Shown: positions 36,625-45,529 of the stretch, one piece after another
Layout of the letters: each line of letters starts with the position of its first letter
Numbering within the stretch: position 1 is the first letter of the stretch
Assembly: GCA_036508755.1 (NCBI GenBank)
Contig: DATCGV010000044.1
Span: 560-64,559, forward strand
Source of the DNA: Candidatus Limnocylindrales bacterium
GTDB lineage: Bacteria > Chloroflexota > Limnocylindria > Limnocylindrales > CSP1-4
Length of the DNA: 64,000 nucleotides
Reading direction: 5' to 3'
Notes under the pieces: generated by a model
What the model saw: the letters and a program-made list of their open reading frames with translations, nothing else
What the model was told of the DNA's origin: nothing
Databases searched by the model: none
Position numbers and translations under genes: made by a program

Positions 36625-37614
36625 TCAGCAGACGATCTTGGGCAGGACCTCGCGCCCGAAGGCCTCGATCCACTCCTTCTGGTTGCGCCCGACGTTGTGC
36701 AGGTAGATCTTGTGGAAGCCCATGTCGGCGAAGCGCTGGATCTCCTTGCGGTGCGCCTCGAGATCGGACGAGATGAACATCCGGCCCTGGAAGTCCTCCG
36801 GGCGGACGAGTCGGGCCATCTGCTCGAAGTCCATCGGTGAGCGGATGTCGGCCTTGGGGAACTTCATTCCGCCATTTGGCCACTCGGTCATCGCGTTCTC
36901 GAGCGCGCGCTTGTCGGTCTCGGCCCACGACAGGTGCAGCTGGAGGATGTACTTGAACTCGCTCGTGTCCAGGCCTGCCTCGCGCCGGCCGTCCTCGCAG
37001 CGCGACCGGATCAGGTCGATCTTGCCCTCGGGCGCGCCAACGGTGATCAGGCCCTGCGCCGCCTGGCCGGTGCGCTTGGCAGTGATCGGTCCGGCGGTCG
37101 CGACGTAGATCGGGGGCGGCGACTCGGGCATCGTCCAGAGTCGGACGGTCTCCATCTTGAAATGACGGCCGTCGTGCTTGACGTCCTTGCCTGTGAACAG
37201 GCGACTGAAAATCTCGATCGCCTCGAACATCATGTTGATGCGCTCGGGCGCCTCGGGCCAGTAGCCCGCGACGGCGTGCTCGTTGAGCGCCTCGCCGGAA
37301 CCCAGGCCGAGCCAGAAGCGATACGGGTACATCGCGGCCATCGTCGCCGCGGCCTGGGCGATCACCAGCGGATGGGTGCGGAAGGACGGGCACGTGACGC
37401 CAGGCCCGACATCGCCCCTGGTGCGTTCCGCCACGGCGGCCATGAATGCCCACACGAAGGCGGCGTTGCCCTGTTGCGGCACCCACGGCTGAAGGTGGTC
37501 CGCGGCCATCACGCCGTTGAAGCCGTTCTGCTCGGCGAGGACGCAGTAGTCGAGCAGCTCGCTGGGGTGGAACTGCTCGAGCATCGCCGCGTAACCGATC
37601 TGTTGGACTGCCAT
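36625..37614 (-). CDS. fgd: F420-dependent glucose-6-phosphate dehydrogenase family protein (Fgd-like LLM)
   Basis: N-terminus IGYAAMLEQFHPSELLDYCVLAEQNGFNGVMAADHLQPW follows the Fgd pattern (GY.A..EQF.P.EL.......AE..G......DH.QPW); LGLGSGEALNE; ATG at 37614 verified. Confidence 0.75.
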   Translation of the reverse strand: MAVQQIGYAAMLEQFHPSELLDYCVLAEQNGFNGVMAADHLQPWVPQQGNAAFVWAFMAAVAERTRGDVGPGVTCPSFRTHPLVIAQAAATMAAMYPYRFWLGLGSGEALNEHAVAGYWPEAPERINMMFEAIEIFSRLFTGKDVKHDGRHFKMETVRLWTMPESPPPIYVATAGPITAKRTGQAAQGLITVGAPEGKIDLIRSRCEDGRREAGLDTSEFKYILQLHLSWAETDKRALENAMTEWPNGGMKFPKADIRSPMDFEQMARLVRPEDFQGRMFISSDLEAHRKEIQRFADMGFHKIYLHNVGRNQKEWIEAFGREVLPKIVC

Positions 37615-38030
37615 CAGCTGGGGCTCCCATGGACCAGGACCCGGTCGGGTCGGAGGATGAACGTCACACGCGGTTCGGTGCGGAAGCGCGCGATCTCGCG
37701 CTCGGCCATCTCATCCGCGTCGTAGCGCCGCGCCATCTCGGCGATGTCGGCCTGGGCGCGCTCATCGTCATAGGTCTGCTCGACGTGGCACTCGACGGTC
37801 ACCGCGTCCTCGGCCTCGAAGACGGTCAGGTTGGCGCGGCCGTCGTGTTCCAGGTTGCTCGGCCAGCGCCGGCCGCGCCGCGAGTTGACGACGAGATGCT
37901 CGCCGAGCGGCTCGTCAGAGCGCAGCAGGAACCAGATCACGATCTGGTGCGGGCTTCCGTCGGGATTGATCGTCGCGATCGTCGCGTAGCGCGCTGGGCG
38001 CGTCAGGAACGATCGGACGTGCGCGTCCAT
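37614..38030 (-). CDS. PPOX class F420-dependent oxidoreductase (pyridoxamine 5'-phosphate oxidase-like split barrel)
   Basis: About 139 aa; pattern ATIATINPDGSPHQIVIWF typical of F420-binding PPOX-class proteins; TGATG junction with the fgd start. Confidence 0.65.
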   Translation of the reverse strand: MDAHVRSFLTRPARYATIATINPDGSPHQIVIWFLLRSDEPLGEHLVVNSRRGRRWPSNLEHDGRANLTVFEAEDAVTVECHVEQTYDDERAQADIAEMARRYDADEMAEREIARFRTEPRVTFILRPDRVLVHGSPS

Positions 38031-38097
38031 CGCCGCGCTTGGTTTCGTTTGCCCAGACACGGCGGCGATGGTACGCCGCGAATGCACCGAGCCCCCA

Positions 38098-40518
38098 CTA
38101 GGCGACTCGGGCAGTCACCACGGGGACGGACGCAGGCTGTGCGGATGCGGGCAGCGCTGCCTGCCTTCGGGTCCTCTGGGTCAGCGCGCGCGGCAGTTCC
38201 TCGGCGGACAACGGCTTCGAGAAGAGGAAGCCCTGGCCCATCTGGGCCGACAGGCCGCGCAGAGCCTGGAGCTGCGCATCGCCCTCGATGCCCTCGGCGA
38301 CGGTCTCGAGGTGGAGTGTTTCGGCGAGGTCGACGATCGACCGAACGACCGCCATCTGGCCTGGTTCGCTGGCCATGCCGGCGATGAACGAGCCATCGAT
38401 CTTGAGCTCGTCGATGGGCAGCCGGCGCAGGTACGAGAGCGATGAATAGCCCGTCCCGAAGTCGTCGATCGAGAGACGCAGGCCGAGCGCCTTCAACGCG
38501 TGAAGCTTGCTGATGGTCAGCTCGGTGTCACGCAGGAGCAGGCTTTCGGTGAACTCGAGCGTCAGCCGCTTCGGGTCGAGGCGTGTGGCCGCCAGGATTT
38601 CGGCCACCTGGGCGACGAAGTCGGGCTCCTGGAGCTGGCGGGCACTGACGTTGACATTGACCGCGACCCTGGGCACGCCGCTGATCTCGTCCCAGGCGCG
38701 GACCTGGCGGCACGCCTCCTCCAGCACCCAGCGGCCGAGCTTGACGATCAGGCCGGTCTCCTCGGCCAGCGGCACGAACTGGAGTGGATTGACGACGCCA
38801 CGCTCCGGGTGTCGCCAGCGCAGGAGTGCCTCGACGCCTGTGGGGCGCTCATCGGTCAGGCACACGATCGGCTGGTAGACGAGGTAGAACTCGTTGCGCT
38901 CCATGGCCCGCTCGAGATCAGCGCGCAGTGCCTGGCGCGTCATCGCCGCGTCATGCATCTCGGGCTGGTACGTCTCGATGCGGTTCTTGCCGTTGCTCTT
39001 TGCCGTGTACATCGCGATGTCGGCGTTGCGCAGCATGTCCTCAGGCGACTCGTCGGACGAGACTCGGACGGTCAGGCCGACGCTCGCGCGCACGAAATGG
39101 TCCTTCGTGCCGTGGCCGAAGGGCGCTTTCAGGGCGGCAAGCAGGCGGCGCGCCACCTCCATGGCCGCGTCGGCCTCGAGCGAATCCTCGACGAGGATGG
39201 CGAACTCGTCGCCGCCCATGCGCGCAATCGTGTCGGATGAACGGAGCACATCGCGCAGGCGCTGAGCGACAGCCACCAGCAGCGCGTCGCCCTCGCCGTG
39301 GCCGAGGCTGTCGTTGATGGTCTTGAAGTCGTCGATGTCGATGAACAGCACTGCCAGGGGAGTGGCGAAGCCGCGCTGGCGAGCCATGGCGTGCTGGAGG
39401 CGGTCCAGGAACAGGGCTCGATTGGCCAGGCCGGTCAGCGAATCGTGAAACGCCTGGTGGCGCAGCTCGTCCTCGAGCGTCCGGCGCGTGGTCACGTCGC
39501 GGTAGTTGACGACGACGCCGTTGACCGCCGGATCGTCGGCCAGGTTGCGCAGGACGACCTCGATCCAGCGCGCGGACCCGTCGGCGTGGAGCATGCGCAG
39601 CTCGGTCGACGCCTGATTGCCCGGCGCCTTCAGGACCTCGGCCACGAGTCGCGTCGCGGACGGCCGATCATCCGCTTGGACGGCCGCGAACGCCGGTTGC
39701 CCCACACGCTCGGAGCTTGGATAGCCGAGCACACGCTCGACCGTGTCGCTCTCATACGTGATTCGGCCGCTGCCGTCGACAACCATGCTGACGTCCGCGC
39801 TGTTGTGGACGAGCGAGCGGAAGCGCCGCTCGCTCGAACGGAGAAGCTGGTTCTGGCGCGATAGCATCTTCGACGCGCCGGCAAAGCCGAGGAACAGGAC
39901 GAGCATGAGTGCCGCGCCGCAGCCACCGACGATGAGCAGCACATCGAGGCGCGTCGAGTCGATCTCGCTGACGATCGGCCCGGCGTCCTCGTAGATCTCG
40001 TAGACGCCGATCGCGTCACCACCGCTCGTGCCGTACAGCGGCAGGTATATCGATAGCAGTTCGCTGGCCAGGCCACGTTCGAAGACATTCTCCGCGTCCT
40101 GGCCTTTGCTGAACTCGGCCGAGGTCGCGCCGTCGAACGCATTGCGCAGGTCATCTGCAACGCCGAAGTTCTGGCCGCGCAACGCGGGCAGGTCGGAGTA
40201 GACCACCGTGCCCTGCGGGTTCCAGACCTTGATGCGCAGCAGCTGGCCCGTTCCAACCAGGCTGGCCAGTTCAGAATTGATGCGTGCCTGCTCGTCAGCC
40301 GTGTGGCCCTCGAGGCTCGAGCCGATCAATTGGTCAACGAGGCCCTCGATGACAGCCTTCGTGTTGCGCGTCGCCTCGTTCTCCGAAGCCTGCGCGAGCT
40401 TGTCCGAAACCGTGATCGACACAGCCAGTGCCATGACTGCCACGAGCAACGCGCTGATGGCGACGATGCCCACGCGCAGGCTGGGACGCCAGGTCCCAGG
40501 TTTGCCGACTGACCTCAT
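38098..40518 (-). CDS. sensor diguanylate cyclase/phosphodiesterase (TM-anchored periplasmic sensor, PAS, GGDEF, EAL)
   Basis: N-terminal TM, extracytoplasmic domain, second TM; PAS region; GGDEF (ARMGGDEFAIL); EAL (EALLRW...DDFGTGYSSL); ATG at 40518 verified. Confidence 0.85.
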   Translation of the reverse strand: MRSVGKPGTWRPSLRVGIVAISALLVAVMALAVSITVSDKLAQASENEATRNTKAVIEGLVDQLIGSSLEGHTADEQARINSELASLVGTGQLLRIKVWNPQGTVVYSDLPALRGQNFGVADDLRNAFDGATSAEFSKGQDAENVFERGLASELLSIYLPLYGTSGGDAIGVYEIYEDAGPIVSEIDSTRLDVLLIVGGCGAALMLVLFLGFAGASKMLSRQNQLLRSSERRFRSLVHNSADVSMVVDGSGRITYESDTVERVLGYPSSERVGQPAFAAVQADDRPSATRLVAEVLKAPGNQASTELRMLHADGSARWIEVVLRNLADDPAVNGVVVNYRDVTTRRTLEDELRHQAFHDSLTGLANRALFLDRLQHAMARQRGFATPLAVLFIDIDDFKTINDSLGHGEGDALLVAVAQRLRDVLRSSDTIARMGGDEFAILVEDSLEADAAMEVARRLLAALKAPFGHGTKDHFVRASVGLTVRVSSDESPEDMLRNADIAMYTAKSNGKNRIETYQPEMHDAAMTRQALRADLERAMERNEFYLVYQPIVCLTDERPTGVEALLRWRHPERGVVNPLQFVPLAEETGLIVKLGRWVLEEACRQVRAWDEISGVPRVAVNVNVSARQLQEPDFVAQVAEILAATRLDPKRLTLEFTESLLLRDTELTISKLHALKALGLRLSIDDFGTGYSSLSYLRRLPIDELKIDGSFIAGMASEPGQMAVVRSIVDLAETLHLETVAEGIEGDAQLQALRGLSAQMGQGFLFSKPLSAEELPRALTQRTRRQAALPASAQPASVPVVTARVA

Positions 40519-40819
40519 TGCCTCGGACGCTACGGAAGGCGGTGCGTCCGGACAACCGAACTAACGTCCGACGGTTGCTGGTACCTGTCAGATGTCGGCT
40601 GGGCCGACACTACGCGGGTTTTGACAGCGCTCCGACACACCGGCATGCCGCTGCCACGCTCATCGGCCGTCGCAGGCGAGCCGCCCACGCTCTTGGGACC
40701 CGCGTTAGGTCGGCCGCACCGACAGATGACGGAAGAATCGCCCGATTCATGCGCGAATGGCAGTTAAGGACGACTGAGCCGACAAATGACAAAAGCCGCC
40801 ACCCGGACCGTCGGTGTGT

Positions 40820-41470
40820 TTAGCCTGGCAGGCGTTCTCCGGCACGGACGGGCGGTGTCAGGCGGCTTTCGAGTGGCGCGAGCGGGCAGTTCCACTTCGG
40901 GTCGTAGCTACACGACGGGTGGTAGGCGAGGTTGAAATCGAGCGTGAGCTCACGCTTGTGCCAGTCGCCGCCCTGGTCGGCGCCCTTGACCGTGTCGAGC
41001 AGGTAGCGGCCGGCGCCGTACGTCTCCGCGCCGCTCGTCGCGTCGCGGAAGGGCACGAACAGGCCGCCGGCATAGCCCTCCATCCAGAACACGGGCAGTA
41101 CGGCGTTGGCCAGCGGCCCGGACAACGCGGCACGGCCGATCAGCCGGAACGAGAACTCGGGCGTGATGCTTGCCGGCAGCTGCATCGCGAGCGCGAATTC
41201 CGGCCGTTCCGGTGGCGCCGCAGGCTCGACGACGGCCGTCATCCGGTAGGCAGGGTCGTACGGGAAATAGGAGAGCCCGCCGAAGCGGGCTTTGTCCTCT
41301 GGCTTGAGCGGTGTCTGCGGATGCGAACGAAACAGCAGGTCCTTGGCGGCGCGAAGCTGAAGCGTCGCTCCTTCCGGATCCGCCTCTGAATCATGCCGCC
41401 ACGCGGCGAAGATCTCCGACACCCGGCGCCGCCAGTCGGCGATATCCAGGTAGCCGTCCATCAGCGCCAC
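40820..41470 (-). CDS. DUF1684 domain-containing protein
   Basis: GGLSYFPYDPAYRM...LDFNLAYHPSCSYDPKWNCPLAPLESRL matches the DUF1684 conserved C-terminal motif (N.AY.PsCaY...w.CPL.P). Confidence 0.6.
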   Translation of the reverse strand: MALMDGYLDIADWRRRVSEIFAAWRHDSEADPEGATLQLRAAKDLLFRSHPQTPLKPEDKARFGGLSYFPYDPAYRMTAVVEPAAPPERPEFALAMQLPASITPEFSFRLIGRAALSGPLANAVLPVFWMEGYAGGLFVPFRDATSGAETYGAGRYLLDTVKGADQGGDWHKRELTLDFNLAYHPSCSYDPKWNCPLAPLESRLTPPVRAGERLPG

Positions 41471-41489
41471 GTGGCGACGTTAACTTCGG

Positions 41490-42461
41490 TCAGCTGGGCT
41501 TCGGGACGAACCCGTTGGCCTGGAGCCAGGCCTTGGCGACGGCCGCCACGTCCTGGTGGTCGACGGCCACCTGCTTGTACAGGCTGGCCAGCGTGGTCGT
41601 ATCGATCTTGGCCGAGATGTCGTTCAGGATCTTCTCGAACGAAGTCTTGTCGACCTTGGCCAGGAAATCGTTGCGTACGATCGGCGCGACGTTGTCGGCC
41701 GGCTGCGTGTGCTTGTTGTCGTTCAGGATGACCCAGCCGTTGACGAGAATGTCCGGCTGTGTCGAGCACAGCTCGCCGACGTCGATCGTGCCCGCCTTGA
41801 GCGCGTCAGCCATCGGCGTGTCGCACGCCGATAGGAGGGTCGCGCCGGCGATGGTCTGAGCGGTGATGCCGTACTGGCCCTGGAGCGCGCCGCCCGGGGC
41901 ACCGCACAGCGCGTTGGTCGGGCAGTCGGTCGCCAGGCCCCACTTGAGCTGGCCCTGGACCGCGGTCGTGTCGGTCAGGTCCGTCAGGTGGAGCTTGCTC
42001 GCCGTGTCGGATCGGACGACGAATGCGTTCGTGTCCACCGCCGGCGTGTAGTTCAGGACGGTCAGGTTCTTCGGCGACAGAAGCTGCTGGAGATCCGTCA
42101 GGTTCGTCGCCGAATCGCCCGTCGGACCGGTAATACCGGCGTTCGCGGCCGGCGCCGGAGAGGCAGCAGGGTGCGCGAGCTCATACGAGATGCGGCTGCC
42201 GATGTACTCGGGCTGGAGATCGATCTGCCCGGTCTCGACGGCCGGGGCCAGGACCGACCGGTCGCCCAGGCCGATGCCCGTGCGATCGACGGTGTAGCCG
42301 TTGGACTCGAGCGCCTGGGCGTAGATCTCCGCCACTACCTTGGCTTCGTCGAAGCCGACGGAGCCGATCTTGATGGTCGGCTTGCTGCCCCCACCCAGCG
42401 AGCACGCGCTCACGAGCACGACGCCCACCGCCCCGAGGGCAAGCATGCGGGTTAGCCGCAT
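41490..42461 (-). CDS. glycine betaine/osmoprotectant ABC transporter substrate-binding lipoprotein (OpuAC/ProX family)
   Basis: Lipobox LVSACS; OpuAC-fold pattern; strong SD GGAGG upstream of ATG at 42461. Confidence 0.75.
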   Translation of the reverse strand: MRLTRMLALGAVGVVLVSACSLGGGSKPTIKIGSVGFDEAKVVAEIYAQALESNGYTVDRTGIGLGDRSVLAPAVETGQIDLQPEYIGSRISYELAHPAASPAPAANAGITGPTGDSATNLTDLQQLLSPKNLTVLNYTPAVDTNAFVVRSDTASKLHLTDLTDTTAVQGQLKWGLATDCPTNALCGAPGGALQGQYGITAQTIAGATLLSACDTPMADALKAGTIDVGELCSTQPDILVNGWVILNDNKHTQPADNVAPIVRNDFLAKVDKTSFEKILNDISAKIDTTTLASLYKQVAVDHQDVAAVAKAWLQANGFVPKPS

Positions 42462-42480
42462 GGGTAACCTCCTCTAGCGA

Positions 42481-42553
42481 TTGATCCGGTTAGTCCGGAA
42501 GTTGATCGACGGACTATACAGATCAGTACGCGATTGTCCAGCCCCCGGATCAA
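42481..42553. promoter_or_regulatory. cluster of TTGATC-containing inverted repeats in the leader upstream of the osmoprotectant SBP gene (TTGATCCGG ... CCGGATCAA; GTCCGGAAGTTGATCGACGGAC)
   Basis: Seen directly: TTGATCCGG at 42481-42489, CCGGATCAA at 42545-42553, internal GTCCG...CGGAC palindrome at 42493-42514. Confidence 0.3.
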
Positions 42554-43260
42554 CCCGGAGATTGCGCGGCGCTTGCGGTCGTCGCCAAAAGCAGTCCGCG
42601 CGGTGTCGCGAGGCGTTGTATCAGCACGATGAGCAGCTCCGTCACGATCACGAGCAGGGCAACGAGAACGACGCCACCCATGATCTGGCCGGTGTCGTTC
42701 TGCGATATGCCGTTGACCAGGTAGCGGCCAAGCCCGCCGAAGCCGAACACCGCGCCAAGCGTGGCCGTGGCCACGACCTGGATCGCGGCGGAGCGAATGC
42801 CCGTGGCGATGACCGGCACGGCCAGTGGCAGCTCCGCGCGACTCAGGACCTGACGCTCGCTCATTCCCTGGCCGCGCGCGGCCTCGAGGATGTCGCGATC
42901 CACGCCAGCGAGGCCGGCGTAGGCGTTGACGAGGATCGGTGGCACGGCCAGCACGACCATGGCTACGACCGTCGGATAGACCTTGAAGCCAAACTCTGGG
43001 TCGATGCTCGACGTGATCGGCAAGACGATCGCGATCACGGCCAGTGACGGCAGCGCTCGCCAGAGATTGGCCGAGTTGACGGCAAACGCCGTACGGCGTC
43101 CGGTGTGACCGATGTACAGGCCGATCGGCAACGCGATGGCGAGCGCGATCAGCAGCGACACGCTGGATATGGCGATGTGCTCAAAGAGGCGCACGGGGAT
43201 GCCGTTCGGACCGGCCCAATGGGTCGGGTCAGTCAGCCAGGTGATTGTCTTGTCGAGCAT
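42550..43260 (-). CDS. ABC transporter permease (OpuAB/ProW-type, BPD_transp_1)
   Basis: 6-TM permease with EAA-like loop; in operon with the ATPase and SBP. Confidence 0.75.
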   Translation of the reverse strand: MLDKTITWLTDPTHWAGPNGIPVRLFEHIAISSVSLLIALAIALPIGLYIGHTGRRTAFAVNSANLWRALPSLAVIAIVLPITSSIDPEFGFKVYPTVVAMVVLAVPPILVNAYAGLAGVDRDILEAARGQGMSERQVLSRAELPLAVPVIATGIRSAAIQVVATATLGAVFGFGGLGRYLVNGISQNDTGQIMGGVVLVALLVIVTELLIVLIQRLATPRGLLLATTASAAQSPG

Positions 43261-43263
43261 GGC

Positions 43264-43920
43264 TTAGACGGTCGTGCCCATCAAGGGCCGGGCCCAGGGC
43301 GTCGCCCGACGCTGGACGCGTGACAGCAGCACGTCGAACGCGACCGCAAGCACGATCGACGGGACGGCACCGAAATAGAGCTCGGTCGGAAAGCTGCGCG
43401 AGTAGCCCTGGAGGATGAAGAAGCCCAGGCCACCGAACGAGTCGCCCAGGATCGAGGTCACGGTCACGAGCCCGAGCGTCGACACGACCGCCAGGCGCAG
43501 GCCGGCGACGATGAGCGGCACGGCGAGCGGCACCTCGACGCGCCACAGGCGCTGACGGCCGGTGTAGCCGAGGCCGTTGGCTGCCTCAAGGACATCCGCC
43601 GGAACGCTGTCGAAGCCAGTGGCGATGTTCCTGACGAAGATCACGAGCGTGTACATCACGAGCGGGATCTCGACGGTCAGCAGGGTGATGCCGGTGACCG
43701 ACACGAGCGCCGCGAACAGCGCCAGGCTGGGGATCGTGTACAGGATGTCGCTGACGGCCAGGATCGGTCCGTAGGTTGCGCGGCGCCGGACGGCAAGCAC
43801 GGCCAGCGCGAACGAGATGACGAAGCCGATGCCAACGGCAATTCCCGCGAGCCAGATGTGCTGGATGGTGCGGTACAGGAGATCGTCCAGGTGGTCGGCC
43901 ATCCAGCCAAAGTCGAGCAT
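43264..43920 (-). CDS. ABC transporter permease (second OpuAB/ProW-type subunit)
   Basis: Paralogous permease; LEAANGLGYTGRQRLWRVEVPLAVP EAA loop. Confidence 0.75.
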   Translation of the reverse strand: MLDFGWMADHLDDLLYRTIQHIWLAGIAVGIGFVISFALAVLAVRRRATYGPILAVSDILYTIPSLALFAALVSVTGITLLTVEIPLVMYTLVIFVRNIATGFDSVPADVLEAANGLGYTGRQRLWRVEVPLAVPLIVAGLRLAVVSTLGLVTVTSILGDSFGGLGFFILQGYSRSFPTELYFGAVPSIVLAVAFDVLLSRVQRRATPWARPLMGTTV

Positions 43921-44904
43921 CTACTTGGCGCCCGAGCCGCCGTCGTGGAGCGCCGCGGCAATCTGGTCGTAGGTGACGACGCCGAGAACCTTCTGATTGC
44001 GGTCGACGACGACCGCGGCAGAGACGTCCGCGTCGAGCATCTGCGAAAGAGTGTCCTTGAGCGTCGCCCGTCGACCGACGAGCGGTTGGCCGGGCCTTGG
44101 CCTGAAGTCGTCGCCCGGCGGCTGGAGGTTGAGATCGCCGACGCACGTCAGCGACAGCCGCTTGAGGCCGCGGTCGGCGCCGACGAAGCGGGCGACGAAA
44201 TCAGAGGCCGGATTGGCCAAAATCTCCGCCGGCGGTCCGAACTGGGCAAGCACGCCGCCGACGTCCATGACCGCGACGAGATCGCCCATCTTGATCGCCT
44301 CGTCGATGTCGTGAGTGACGAAGACGATTGTCTTGGCGAGCTGCTCCTGGAGCCGGAGCAGCTCGTTCTGGAGCCGCTCGCGGACGATCGGATCGACCGC
44401 ACCGAACGGCTCGTCCATGAGCATCAGCGGCGGGTCGGCGGCGAGCGCACGGGCCACGCCGACGCGCTGGCGCTCGCCGCCCGAGAGCTGCGCTGGGAAG
44501 CGGTCGCGATACGCCGCGGGATCGAGTCCGACGAGCGCCAGGAGCTCGTCGACGCGAGCCTTGATCCGCGGCGCATCCCAGCCAAGGAGCCGCGGCACGA
44601 TCGCGACGTTGTTGCCCACGGTCAGGTGGGGCAGCAGCCCGACCTGCTGGATGACGTAGCCGGTCCCGCGCCGAAGCTCGATCGGATCCTGGGCCATGAT
44701 GTCGCGGCCGCCGATCAGGATCTGTCCGTCGGTCGGCTCGATGAGCCGATTTACCATCTTGAGGCTGGTCGTCTTGCCGCAGCCCGAGGGACCGACGAGG
44801 ACGCAGATCTTGCCCGCCGGCACTTCGAAGCTGAGGTCCTTGACCGCGACTAGATCCGCGTAGCGCCGCGAGACGTGGCGGAACTCAAGGCTGACCGCTT
44901 TCAT
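43921..44904 (-). CDS. glycine betaine/proline ABC transporter ATP-binding protein with C-terminal CBS pair (OpuAA/ProV)
   Basis: Walker A GPSGCGKTTS, LSGGERQRVGVARAL, Walker B LMDEPFGAVD, C-terminal CBS-like region; ATG at 44904 verified. The upstream 209 aa of the track ORF were rejected. Confidence 0.85.
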   Translation of the reverse strand: MKAVSLEFRHVSRRYADLVAVKDLSFEVPAGKICVLVGPSGCGKTTSLKMVNRLIEPTDGQILIGGRDIMAQDPIELRRGTGYVIQQVGLLPHLTVGNNVAIVPRLLGWDAPRIKARVDELLALVGLDPAAYRDRFPAQLSGGERQRVGVARALAADPPLMLMDEPFGAVDPIVRERLQNELLRLQEQLAKTIVFVTHDIDEAIKMGDLVAVMDVGGVLAQFGPPAEILANPASDFVARFVGADRGLKRLSLTCVGDLNLQPPGDDFRPRPGQPLVGRRATLKDTLSQMLDADVSAAVVVDRNQKVLGVVTYDQIAAALHDGGSGAK

Positions 44905-44931
44905 CGGTGGTGCACCGTATACGCTTCGACG

Positions 44932-45507
44932 GTGGAGACCAAGCCCGGAGCCGGGGAGCTGGGCCAGGGGAGCCGACGCGAAACGATCGGCGAGAGCGCG
45001 ATCATCGTCCCGGTCATCGTGCCCGTCGCGGTGCAGCGCCTGCGCGATCGGATGGATCCGTCGGCGGCGGACGGCGTCCCGGCCCATGTCACGCTCATCT
45101 ACCCGTTCATGCCCCCTTTCGACCTCAAGGACGATGTCCGGCGCCGCGTCGAGGAGATCGTCGCGTCGGAGCCTGCGTTCCCGTTCGTGCTCCGCGCGGT
45201 GGGTCGGTGGCCCAACGTCGTCTACCTCGTGCCTGAGCCGGACGAACCGTTCCGCAGGCTGACCAACGCGCTGGCGGCCGCCTTCCCCGACTACCCGCCC
45301 TACGAGGGCGCGCACGCCGAGGTGATCCCGCATGTGACCGTCGCGTCCGACGTGCCCGACGACTACTTCGACGCGGCCGCCCACGCGTTGCCGGCGCTGC
45401 TGCCGATCCGCGACGTCGCCCGCGAGGCGTGGCTTATCGGCCATACGCCCGAGCCGGCGTGGCACACGTTGTGGCGCCTGCCGCTGGGCACGTCGCGGAC
45501 GTCGTAA
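44932..45507 (+). CDS. 2H phosphoesterase superfamily protein (LigT-like 2'-5' RNA ligase / cyclic phosphodiesterase)
   Basis: Two H-x-T/S-x motifs: AHVTLIYPF and PHVTVAS; probable GTG at 44932; the track start at 44875 would overlap the divergent ATPase start. Confidence 0.6.
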   Translation: METKPGAGELGQGSRRETIGESAIIVPVIVPVAVQRLRDRMDPSAADGVPAHVTLIYPFMPPFDLKDDVRRRVEEIVASEPAFPFVLRAVGRWPNVVYLVPEPDEPFRRLTNALAAAFPDYPPYEGAHAEVIPHVTVASDVPDDYFDAAAHALPALLPIRDVAREAWLIGHTPEPAWHTLWRLPLGTSRTS

Positions 45508-45529
45508 CCGGGCGGCTAGACTCGCGGCC

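Noticed and set aside
40519-40819. Possible intrinsic terminator after DUF1684 (GC-rich segment followed by TTTTGTCATTTG on the minus strand)
   Set aside because: Could not identify a convincing complementary stem by eye; left as an uncalled feature
43858-44853. 331-aa plus-strand ORF
   Set aside because: Antisense to the OpuAA ATPase gene
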